Shown: one piece after another, positions 11,257 to 19,924 of the stretch
How positions within the stretch are numbered: position 1 is the stretch's first letter
Layout of the letters: each line of letters starts with the position of its first letter
Source of the DNA: Bacteroidota bacterium
GTDB lineage: Bacteria > Bacteroidota > Ignavibacteria > UBA10030 > BY39
Length of the DNA stretch: 64,000 nt
Direction of reading: 5' to 3'
NCBI GenBank assembly: GCA_030682385.1
Contig: JAUXOG010000104.1
Span: 24,023-88,022 of the forward strand
Program-made: the position numbers and the translations under genes
Notes under the pieces: generated by a model
The model's database searches: none
What the model was told of the DNA's origin: nothing
The model's input: only the letters and a program-made list of their open reading frames with translations

Positions 11257-12137
11257 GAGTGCGAATTTCTTTTTTCTTACTTTTGTTCACACTAATCGGT
11301 TGCAGTTCAGACCGATCAAAGTATGTTGAACCGTTTCTCAAAGTAAAGGATGATTTAGGACGCGAAGTACTTATTAAAGAAAAGCCAAACCGAATTATTT
11401 CGCTGGCACCTAACATAACAGAAATCCTGTTTGCACTCGATAACGGCAAAACTTTATCAGCGGTAACCGATTATTGCGATTATCCATCGGCAGTGAGTTC
11501 GAAACCGAGCATCGGCGGAATGATTGCTCCGAATTTTGAAAAAATCTCGGAGATAAAACCCGACTTGATTTTAATGACAGTTGAGGGAAATAACCAAACT
11601 GATTTTAACAAACTTTTGAGTTTGGGATATACTGTTTATGTCTTAAAACCGAAAAATGTAGAAGGAATTTTCAAATCGATTTTAGATTTAGGTAGAATTA
11701 TTTCTGCTGAAGGTTCTGCAAATCAATTGATTATTGAGATGCGAAAAAAGCAGAGTGTAATCATGAACGGCTCAATCCAGAAATCGAAGCCAAAAGTGTT
11801 TATCGTAATTTCGCTTCAGCCCTTGATAAGTGCGGGCAGAGAAACATTCATAAATGAATTAATAACATCAGCGGGTGGAATTAACATTGCAGCCGAATCG
11901 CCGCTGCAATATCCGATTATCAACAGAGAGGAAGTTCTGAAACAAAATCCCGATGTAATCATCGTGATGAGCGATGTTGTAAAAAGTATAGAAGATGTTG
12001 TAACTCATTTTCCTGAATGGAAGAAAACAGAGGCATTCAAGAAACAAAAAATAAAAATTATAGATGCAGATATACTGTCCCGACCCGGACCCAGAATTAT
12101 AGATGGTTTAAAAATGATTGCATCAGTAATTTTTTAA
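11253..12137 (+). CDS. Periplasmic substrate-binding lipoprotein of the iron-siderophore/cobalamin ABC type (BtuF/FecB-like).
   Basis: LIGCSS lipobox and the IISLAPNITEILFAL...VTDYCDYP pattern of PBP type 8. Confidence 0.7.
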   Translation: MRVRISFFLLLFTLIGCSSDRSKYVEPFLKVKDDLGREVLIKEKPNRIISLAPNITEILFALDNGKTLSAVTDYCDYPSAVSSKPSIGGMIAPNFEKISEIKPDLILMTVEGNNQTDFNKLLSLGYTVYVLKPKNVEGIFKSILDLGRIISAEGSANQLIIEMRKKQSVIMNGSIQKSKPKVFIVISLQPLISAGRETFINELITSAGGINIAAESPLQYPIINREEVLKQNPDVIIVMSDVVKSIEDVVTHFPEWKKTEAFKKQKIKIIDADILSRPGPRIIDGLKMIASVIF

Positions 12138-12178
12138 AAGTATATTAACACACAATAAAAACAATAAAGGAGAAAACA

Positions 12179-12673
12179 ATGTTAAGTAAAACTTTACAAA
12201 ACACGATTAATAATCAAATACAAGCCGAGATGTTCTCATCATATCTTTACCTGTCGATGTCGGCTTACTGCGAAACGAACAATTATTTAGGTGCCGCTAA
12301 ATGGTTTAAACTGCAGTCCGAAGAAGAATGGGAACACGCGATGAAGTTTTACAAGTTCGTAATTGATCGCGGCGGAAAAGTCCAGTTAAAAGCAATAGAC
12401 CAACCTCAGCACGATTTTAAATCGCTATTAGGCGCTTTCGAAGAAACACTATCGCACGAGAAGAAAGTTACTGCACTAATCAACAAACTATATGAACAAT
12501 CCTTAAAAGAAACAGATTATCCGGCGCAAATCTTTTTGCAGTGGTTCATAACCGAGCAAGTAGAAGAAGAGGCAAATGCTGTTGCCATCATCGAACGAAT
12601 TAAAATGGTGGGCGAAAAGGCAAGCTCATTATTATGGATTGATAAAGAATTAGGAAAGCGAGCAAAAGAATAA
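12179..12673 (+). CDS. ftn: Ferritin (non-haem bacterial ferritin).
   Basis: QIQAEMFSSYLYLSMSAYC...EEEWEHAMKF ferroxidase-centre residues. Confidence 0.85.
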   Translation: MLSKTLQNTINNQIQAEMFSSYLYLSMSAYCETNNYLGAAKWFKLQSEEEWEHAMKFYKFVIDRGGKVQLKAIDQPQHDFKSLLGAFEETLSHEKKVTALINKLYEQSLKETDYPAQIFLQWFITEQVEEEANAVAIIERIKMVGEKASSLLWIDKELGKRAKE

Positions 12674-12685
12674 ATTTGTACAGTC

Positions 12686-12740
12686 AGAATAATCACTCAG
12701 TCCTGTATTGTAAGCGGGATTGAGTGACTATTCTTTGGAT
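12686..12740 (+). terminator. Candidate rho-independent terminator after the ferritin gene.
   Basis: A 14 bp inverted repeat (agaataatcactca / tgagtgactattct, one mismatch) with a 21 nt loop and a T-rich 3' side. Confidence 0.4.
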
Positions 12741-12829
12741 GTAAAAATTGAAAGCATGATAGTAATCCTTGTTAAAATGAAGCAGATTGACGGACACTGT
12801 AGCAGTGCCATATAGTCCATCCAAATCTC

Positions 12830-13360
12830 TTAAATTATTTCGATGCCTGCATCAATCAAAGCACGATTCTCCGTTACATCAAACGTACCCACCTTCTTCC
12901 CTTTCTTAAGCCACTTCAAAACTAACCGCTCTACATTACCCTGCGGCTGAGCATACGCGACAAAGATTTCGTCGGCAATTTCTGCCATTAGTTCATTTCG
13001 TTTATTGGCATTTTCCTGTATAACACGTCGAACCTTTTCTTCAAATGGCGTGATGATAAAAATACGATTCTTTTCTAATGCTTTGGAGAGTTCTGGCTCT
13101 AGACGCTTTTTCAATCTTCGTGAAAGTGCTATTATGATTGGTTGATGACCTTTAAGTAAATAGTGGAGTACATCTTTTTCGATCTGTGAGTGAAAACCTG
13201 AAATGACACAGTTACCAGCGTTTCTTTGCTGAATTGCCCAATCGTAACATTTTAGAACTATTGAAGCAGGAACATGTCGACTGCACAAGAATGCTGTTTT
13301 TGGGAGGTTTATTAGATCAATATTTCCGCTGTATCGATATTGGAGACAAAACCCTGTCAT
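12830..13360 (-). CDS. Minimal DprA/Smf-like (SLOG Rossmann-fold) protein, 176 aa.
   Basis: AFLCSRHV...VISGFHSQIEKDV...IIIALSRRL...ANKRNELMAEIADEIFVAYAQ aligns with the DprA Rossmann core (the AIVGSR / VVSGxARGID / TIAVLG / RNRIISGLS regions). It lacks the SAM and winged-helix extensions. Confidence 0.55.
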   Translation of the reverse strand: MTGFCLQYRYSGNIDLINLPKTAFLCSRHVPASIVLKCYDWAIQQRNAGNCVISGFHSQIEKDVLHYLLKGHQPIIIALSRRLKKRLEPELSKALEKNRIFIITPFEEKVRRVIQENANKRNELMAEIADEIFVAYAQPQGNVERLVLKWLKKGKKVGTFDVTENRALIDAGIEII

Positions 13361-13399
13361 TACTTAACCATTCAAATCTCAATGTTAGATTCGTCTTTC

Positions 13400-13428
13400 A
13401 ATTATCGCGACATACTGTCGCGATAATT
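13400..13428. promoter_or_regulatory. Perfect 12 bp-arm palindrome AATTATCGCGAC-atact-GTCGCGATAATT in the promoter region of the DprA-like gene. Two or three further TGTCGCGAT-like half-sites follow up to 13500.
   Basis: Read directly in the sequence. Operator-like repeated palindromes. Confidence 0.45.
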
Positions 13429-13486
13429 GTCGCAATGATTAATTTTTGCAATATTTTAATGAGATATTGCGACATATTTGAGGATG

Positions 13487-14116
13487 TTATGTCGCGATTA
13501 TTTCGTAATACGTCGATAGCCCCGATCCTTTACTTTTAATCAGATGAAGATCAACAAGTTTCTTCATATGACGTTCTGCTTTTTTCTTTTCGTATTTAAA
13601 ATGATCTTGATATTTCTCAGTCATTTCTTTAAATGTTCTCATACCAAACCCGGTTTCTTCCATGTAATTCATAAGGTTGAATACATAAGTAAGAATGGGA
13701 TTTCTACTGATTGACGGCGCGTTGAATGTGTTCAATTGTTCCAATGAAATTGATGGTAATGGAGCCCCGGGACTCTTCACGATAATTTTCTCATTATCTA
13801 TTTCAAGTGTAGATTTTGCTCCTTCAATTGTATAATCTCTATGCATTAACGCATTGATAACGGCCTCACGAAGAACAGCAATGGGAAAGTCCGGCACATC
13901 CTTGCGTTTAAATGACGACGTATCTTTGGATAAGGAAAGGGTTTTTTTCAGCCATTCTTCTACAAGATCAGGCACCAGAACCAATGGTTGATCAAAATCT
14001 TTTGGTTCAATCTTGCTGTTCCCGTAATCCACGTGAGCTTTTAGAACAGCTTGTTTAAATTTAGCGCGTGGATTTTTTCCAAACAGAAGATAGCCTGCAC
14101 CCGTTGGGCGATACAT
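13487..14116 (-). pseudogene. 5'-truncated Schlafen-like ATPase/transcriptional regulator ('RecG-like' family). The HATPase_c_4 domain and C-terminal wHTH remain, but the N-terminal AlbA_2 domain is missing.
   Basis: INALMHRDY motif of HATPase_c_4 and a C-terminal HTH. The ORF begins in the mid-protein LLFGKNP region, only 10 nt after the upstream gene. Confidence 0.5.
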
Positions 14117-14126
14117 GTTTGCTTTT

Positions 14127-14810
14127 TCATAATGACATTTTCACTCCATTATGTTTTAACCAATTTTCATACTCACGGTAGTTGGGCATTTTCTTGTCTA
14201 ACTCATTCCAAAACTCTGCTGAGTGATTTGGATATTTTAAATGCACCATCTCATGAGTAATGATGTAGTTAAGCACCGGAACAGGTGCCATCGCACATTT
14301 CCAGTGAAAGTTCAATCCGTTTTTTGGTGTCCATGATGCCCAACGGTTTTGCAGTTCTAAAACTTTTACTGAGGTTGGTTTGAGCTGAAACTTTTCTTCA
14401 ATCAGCTTTAGTCGTTCAGCTATTTTTTGTTCTGCTTTGTCTTTGTAAAACTCTTTGAATACTTTGTCGGCTTTGCTCAGATGTTTTTTGTCTAATTGAA
14501 AATTGCCTCCGCTTATTTTTAAAGGCACTTGCTGATTTTCTACTATTGTTAAACGGTAATTACGTCCGAGATAAAGGAATGATTGTCCATTCACAAATTC
14601 ACGATTTACTTTTCCCTGATTGAGTTCTTTCCATTTCGCAAGTTTCCTGAATATCTGATACTCCTTTGCTCTTACAGCGTTTTCAATTTTTTCTTCTGTT
14701 GCTATTGCAGGTGCTAACACTCTTACCGAGCCATCCCGTTCAATAAAAATACTTACCGTTTTTCGTCTGTCGGTTTTCTCAATGATAATATCAATGTCTT
14801 CTAATTTCAT
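14127..14810 (-). CDS. M48-family/DUF45 (YgjP-like) zinc metallopeptidase, a frequent accessory gene of type I RM loci.
   Basis: HEMVHLKYPNHSAEFW HExxH motif. Overlaps the hsdR stop. Confidence 0.75.
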   Translation of the reverse strand: MKLEDIDIIIEKTDRRKTVSIFIERDGSVRVLAPAIATEEKIENAVRAKEYQIFRKLAKWKELNQGKVNREFVNGQSFLYLGRNYRLTIVENQQVPLKISGGNFQLDKKHLSKADKVFKEFYKDKAEQKIAERLKLIEEKFQLKPTSVKVLELQNRWASWTPKNGLNFHWKCAMAPVPVLNYIITHEMVHLKYPNHSAEFWNELDKKMPNYREYENWLKHNGVKMSL

Positions 14811-17800
14811 CTTAAATCTGCTTCTCTGTTTTTAGCAAGCTTCATCAACTCTGTTGTCAGTTCTTTTGCTTTTGATGATAGCCCTTCAATTCTTGCATAG
14901 TAAATTTCATCTTCAATCAATCCTTCAATTCTTTTTCTTTCTGATGCTTTATCTGTCCAGAAATTTTTAATGTCTGCTGTCTCCTGTAATAAATGAATCA
15001 AAGTATGAGTGAGTTCTTTTGTCTTGTTGATTTCAATTTCGTTTTCAGTTGTCAGATTACTTTTTAGCAAATCAAAAAACGGTGCTTCAATTATTGAGAT
15101 GCCTTCTGTTTCAAGTTTTCTTCCTTCTGCCATTTCATCTCTCAACTCTCCCAACTGTTTTACAATCTCTTCCCAATTTTCTTTGTAAGCATTCAATATC
15201 ATTTCCAGTCGATCTTTGAAACGACTGTAAAGCGTTGGGTCTTTATCCAAGTTTACTTTGATGTGCCAGCGAATGGCATGTTCCATTTCCGATGCTTTTG
15301 ATTTCGGTGTTTTGTTCAGATAATCAACCTTGCTTTTGAATTCATCTGAGAGAATAGAAACCTGTTGAACTTTTGTATCAATTCCCAATGAGAGCAAATG
15401 TTTGTCAATTAGTTTACGGACTTTTTCGGAAGCCCATTTCAAATCCATTGTATCATCCTTGTAACGGTCTTTAATTCTCCAAAGCAAATAGCCCAATCGT
15501 TTTGCCGGAATCCAATATGTTGTTCCTGCCTGCACATTAAAAAGCAAATCCAAACTATCAAAAAAACTTTTGGAGTATGTGAGCAGTTCTGCTCTGAATT
15601 TTATATTCTTCGCTTTCTCGATACACTCTTCTGCAAACTCAAATTCTTTTGCGGCATCGGTAAATTTCTGTTGCAGAAAATTGTCTATCTCTTTCAGGTT
15701 GTTGTCAACAAATAAATCTATTAATCGTTTGTATCGGGCTTCAAGAACGGGGATTTCTTTATTGATGTCACGGAACACTTCTAAAAACTCATTCAGATTA
15801 CTTTTGTCTTTGTCGGTGTAAATGGAAAGTGCAATAGCTAAATGTTTTGTAACACCAAAGTAATCAACTATCAACCCAAAAGATTTTCCTTTTTTCGTTC
15901 TGTTCACACGGGTGATTGCCTGAAACAGATCATGCTCTTTTAAGCTTTTATCTAAATACATTACCTGCTCAATGGGTGCATCAAAACCGGTAAGCAAACG
16001 GTCGCAAACGCAAATAATTCCAATGCCCGATTCAGGTTTTACGTGATTGAAATCTGATTTAAAGTTTTCAATCGCATTCATATCATACGCTTCTTTCCTT
16101 GCTTTACTGATGTAGCCGGGTTCGTTGTTTCCTAAACTTGAAACGATGGCAGCGACTTTCAAAAACTCCAGTTGTTTTAATCGTTCTGCATCCACTTCAC
16201 CTTCGGGCAATGCTGTCAGTTCTTCAATTTTATTTTTAATGGCTATTTCCAATTCGTATTTGTAGCGCACCGCTGCTACAATACTTGAAGCTACTACCTG
16301 TGCTTTAAAACCATTTACTAAAATGTCGTTGTAGTAATGCTCCACAATATCTTTTGCAATCGTGGCAATACGGTCTTTTGATTCCAAGTAAGCGATGAAC
16401 GAACCATATCTGCGTTGAATTTCTTCCCGTTCGGCTTGGGTGCGTTGCTCAAACATATCTTCAAACTCTGCATCGAATGCTTCTTTGTCCTGTAACTTGT
16501 CTTTTGAAACTTTGCCGATGTATTTTATTTCAACGGTTGCCCTGTCTTTAACTGCTTTATCAAACTTGTAGAAATCAATAAAGCCGCCAAAGCGTTCATG
16601 TGTTTTTATTTCGTGTCGTTCAGTAAGGAGGGGCGTTCCCGTAAAACCAATACGCACAGCTTTAGGGAATACCGAAAACAAATTATCTCCCATATCTCCA
16701 CCTTGTGTCCGGTGGGCTTCGTCAATCAGCAATAAAATTCTATCGCTGTTGTTGATGGTGTCAAACTTTTCAAACTTGGGAACTATGCCTGCTTCAATCA
16801 GCGATTGTGCTGAAATATTTCTTTCATCAAGAAACTTGTGAATCATCACCATGTTCACATCTCCGGTATCATCACTTAACAGATGCAATTTGTTTCTTCT
16901 GTCAATTATCCTTACGGGTTCACCAGTGAGTGCTGCGGTTTCTGAAAGCTGGTCTTCCAAATCCGTCCTGTCAATAATGAAAATAATTTTCAGATCTTTC
17001 AAATCATCACAACTGCGGAGTTTGCGAATGAGAAAAACCATTGTTAAACTTTTGCCGCTGCCTTGTGTGTGCCACACCACACCGCCTTTTTCAATGGGTG
17101 TATTTCCTGTTCTGTAATTCTTTATGATTTTTCCAACGGCACGATACTGATTATATCGTGCTACAATTTTTACTTCCACACCCTTTTTAATTTCCATAAA
17201 TAGGGTGAAGTGTTTCAGTATGTCAACCAAAATTTCTTTGTTCAACATTCCACGTATCAACACTTCCTGTCTTTCTTCATTGGGTGGATATTCAACTGTT
17301 TTGTATTCTTCGGGGAAAATGTCAACCCAATTGTTGTAGAAATCAAAATCGGCACTGATAGTTCCAACTCTTGCTTCCCTGCCGTGGGTAATGATGCTGA
17401 AAATATTGTAGTGAAATAATTTTTCTTCTCCTTCCTTAAAACCGTAGTCATCTTGCCGGGTATTGGCATAACGGGTAACCTGCAAAAATGCTTCGCTTAA
17501 AGGTTCGGCTACATCAAAATCTTTTGCCTCAACCACCACCACAGGCATTCCGTTCAGGAATAGAACAATGTCAGGGATAATTCCGGTGCGGCTTGCACCG
17601 GGCGTAAGTAATCGAAATTGATTTATGGCAACAAAAGAATTGTTATCGTAATTCTTAAAATCAACCAAACGAACCGTTGGGTCTTGTTCTCCTGTGAGTT
17701 CGTTTTTGGAAACACAGGTGCCTTTCAGCAGCATACGATGAATTTCTTTGTTTGCTTCGTGCAGGTTTTTACCGGGAAAGTTTTGTATCTCAAATAGTAT

Positions 17801-18022
17801 TCCCTCCAACTGTTTATCGGTGAGCCACTCTCTGCCATCATCAGTTTTGTTGATTGCCTTGATGTTGTCTTTAAAAACTTTTGGCAACACCACTTCCTTA
17901 AAGTTGCTACGCAAACTCTTTTCGGGTTCTTGCGGAACGCCAAGCCCTTGGTCAATTACCTGCCAACCCAACTGGCGAAGTTTATCTAAAAAGGGTTTTT
18001 CTACGTTGATGTATTCTGCCAT
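14807..18022 (-). CDS. hsdR: Type I restriction enzyme R subunit (HsdR), SF2 helicase/nuclease.
   Basis: TQGSGKSLTM (Walker A), DEAHR, and the overall 1071 aa architecture. Confidence 0.9.
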   Translation of the reverse strand: MAEYINVEKPFLDKLRQLGWQVIDQGLGVPQEPEKSLRSNFKEVVLPKVFKDNIKAINKTDDGREWLTDKQLEGILFEIQNFPGKNLHEANKEIHRMLLKGTCVSKNELTGEQDPTVRLVDFKNYDNNSFVAINQFRLLTPGASRTGIIPDIVLFLNGMPVVVVEAKDFDVAEPLSEAFLQVTRYANTRQDDYGFKEGEEKLFHYNIFSIITHGREARVGTISADFDFYNNWVDIFPEEYKTVEYPPNEERQEVLIRGMLNKEILVDILKHFTLFMEIKKGVEVKIVARYNQYRAVGKIIKNYRTGNTPIEKGGVVWHTQGSGKSLTMVFLIRKLRSCDDLKDLKIIFIIDRTDLEDQLSETAALTGEPVRIIDRRNKLHLLSDDTGDVNMVMIHKFLDERNISAQSLIEAGIVPKFEKFDTINNSDRILLLIDEAHRTQGGDMGDNLFSVFPKAVRIGFTGTPLLTERHEIKTHERFGGFIDFYKFDKAVKDRATVEIKYIGKVSKDKLQDKEAFDAEFEDMFEQRTQAEREEIQRRYGSFIAYLESKDRIATIAKDIVEHYYNDILVNGFKAQVVASSIVAAVRYKYELEIAIKNKIEELTALPEGEVDAERLKQLEFLKVAAIVSSLGNNEPGYISKARKEAYDMNAIENFKSDFNHVKPESGIGIICVCDRLLTGFDAPIEQVMYLDKSLKEHDLFQAITRVNRTKKGKSFGLIVDYFGVTKHLAIALSIYTDKDKSNLNEFLEVFRDINKEIPVLEARYKRLIDLFVDNNLKEIDNFLQQKFTDAAKEFEFAEECIEKAKNIKFRAELLTYSKSFFDSLDLLFNVQAGTTYWIPAKRLGYLLWRIKDRYKDDTMDLKWASEKVRKLIDKHLLSLGIDTKVQQVSILSDEFKSKVDYLNKTPKSKASEMEHAIRWHIKVNLDKDPTLYSRFKDRLEMILNAYKENWEEIVKQLGELRDEMAEGRKLETEGISIIEAPFFDLLKSNLTTENEIEINKTKELTHTLIHLLQETADIKNFWTDKASERKRIEGLIEDEIYYARIEGLSSKAKELTTELMKLAKNREADLR

Positions 18023-18042
18023 AATATTGTCCGAACCGTTGA

Positions 18043-18489
18043 TTAAGTTGATTGATTTGATTTAGCTGATTTATTATTGAATTTTGAATTTATCAGCCGT
18101 TTAAATTCCAAACTCTTTGTACCGAAATTTATAAGTAAGCCAATTTCTAAGTTATATGCTTCTAAATAATTAATTGCCTGAGCTAAATGCACATCTTCCA
18201 ATTTGATGATAGCTTTCAGCTCTACAGAAATAATTCCTTCAACTAAAAAATCAACCCGTCTTGTGCCAATCTGTTCTTCTTTGTAAAAAATAGGCATTTC
18301 AAATTCACGATTAAATAACAAGCCCTGCAATACCATTTCCTTTTCCATGGCTCTTTGATATATCACTTCCTGAAAACCATTGCCAAGAATTTTATGCACT
18401 TCCATTGCACAACCAATTATTTTACCTGTTAACTCAGAATATTTATAAGTTGTCTGAACCACTGATTTTTTTGATTCATTTGATTCCAT
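18043..18489 (-). CDS. GxxExxY-family protein (PD-(D/E)xK fold) embedded between hsdS and hsdR.
   Basis: CAMEVHKILGNGFQEVIYQRAM...VDFLVEGIISVELKA pattern typical of the GxxExxY family. Confidence 0.75.
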   Translation of the reverse strand: MESNESKKSVVQTTYKYSELTGKIIGCAMEVHKILGNGFQEVIYQRAMEKEMVLQGLLFNREFEMPIFYKEEQIGTRRVDFLVEGIISVELKAIIKLEDVHLAQAINYLEAYNLEIGLLINFGTKSLEFKRLINSKFNNKSAKSNQST

Positions 18490-18558
18490 TGATTATTATT
18501 AGTTTATTTTTTACAAGTTATATTTTCATTGATTTCTTTTTCAATCATAGTTAATCAT

Positions 18559-19911
18559 TTAATCAGCTTCAATCAAAGGTTCAGACACTTTCTTCCTCCC
18601 ACTCAGCAAATCACCCATCAACCCTGACTTGAGCTGCTGCAGTTTATGCAGGTAGGTTTGTTCGGTGTGGAGCTTTTGATTTAAGGAATTCAATCTTTCT
18701 GCTATTAGTTTTTGTTCTTTGAATTCGGGCTTTTTGAAAAATGCTTTTTCAAAATCTGCTTTACCAATATTACCCTGTGCACCTGAATTTACTTTATTGA
18801 ATATTTGATTTAATAATTCGCCTGCTGTTAATGTGTAGTAAAGAAAAACTTTGTCAATATCATTCTCCTTAATCTTTGGTTCAAATCTTCCGACACGGTA
18901 GTTCTGTAAAACGAGACTTGATAAACCACTCACCAAACAAGCTTTTCCTAAAGTTGCACCTGTTAAAGCCATTAGCACATCACCGTTTCTTATTGTTTCA
19001 TTTTTGAATTCTTCCATGCGTTCAGCAGATACATAAGAGCAATTTGATAAATCAACATTCTCAGGTTTTACCTGTCCGATTTTTACAACCGGAACTCCGT
19101 ATTCGGTGAAATCAAAATTTCTGAACTGGTGTCCGTGAACTAATTCTATTTGCGCTCCAAAAATTTCAACACTCCATTCATTGGGTATCATCCCTAACTT
19201 ACTCTCCCCGCCTGACGGACTGGCAGGTTTATACAACTCTGGGGCATCTTCATATTTCGGACGGAGTTTGCCTTGCCTGTCCGGCAGGCAGGCGGTTTGC
19301 AAATCAATACCACGGGTAAACAAATCGTGCAACATGCCTTGCTTAATGGCTTTGTATTTGGTTATGGCGGCTTGGGTTTTTTCTATCACCGCATCGGCTG
19401 TGCTGAGGATACGGGAGATGCGGCGTTGGTGGAGGAGTGAAGTTTTTGGGAATCTAATTTTGTAAAGCAACTCACGATTAATACTCGGGACACCCGTTGC
19501 TTCATTCAACTTCTTCAAATCAAAATTTGCCAATTGATAGTAAAGCCATTTTGCATCAACATTTTGCTTGGGTCTCACTGCATAAGCAGTATCAATTACC
19601 CAACAAGCAAGTTCAGAAAACACTGGTTTATCAAGTGTTCCTTTTCGTGCAACAACAACAAGAGGACCTTCGAACAAAAATTCTTTAGCGAAACCTACTA
19701 ACCCGCCTGTTCCAAAAATCTTAATTACAGTTTCATATTCAACACGAATTTCTTTTGGGCTTGCACCATATTCTACTTCTGCTAATTCTTTTAATGAACT
19801 ACTCATATCCCAATTGTCTGAACCCCCGCATTTGGCGGGGCAGGCATGATTCAGTTGATTTATGTGATTGCCCTGATATTTTTGTTCTTCTTTTTTTTTC
19901 ATTCTAATCAT
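18559..19911 (-). CDS. hsdS: Type I restriction-modification specificity subunit (HsdS) with two target-recognition domains.
   Basis: Two TRD halves separated by conserved helical spacer regions (e.g. RRISRILSTADAVIEKTQAAITKYKAIKQGMLHDLFT). Position between hsdM and hsdR. Confidence 0.85.
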   Translation of the reverse strand: MIRMKKKEEQKYQGNHINQLNHACPAKCGGSDNWDMSSSLKELAEVEYGASPKEIRVEYETVIKIFGTGGLVGFAKEFLFEGPLVVVARKGTLDKPVFSELACWVIDTAYAVRPKQNVDAKWLYYQLANFDLKKLNEATGVPSINRELLYKIRFPKTSLLHQRRISRILSTADAVIEKTQAAITKYKAIKQGMLHDLFTRGIDLQTACLPDRQGKLRPKYEDAPELYKPASPSGGESKLGMIPNEWSVEIFGAQIELVHGHQFRNFDFTEYGVPVVKIGQVKPENVDLSNCSYVSAERMEEFKNETIRNGDVLMALTGATLGKACLVSGLSSLVLQNYRVGRFEPKIKENDIDKVFLYYTLTAGELLNQIFNKVNSGAQGNIGKADFEKAFFKKPEFKEQKLIAERLNSLNQKLHTEQTYLHKLQQLKSGLMGDLLSGRKKVSEPLIEAD

Positions 19912-19924
19912 TAAATCAGGTTAA

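Noticed and set aside
13234-13539. A 101 aa plus-strand ORF spanning the TCGCGA palindrome region.
   Set aside because: It overlaps the 5' end of the minus-strand DprA-like gene and the intergenic operator array. The translation is low-complexity with no homology signal.
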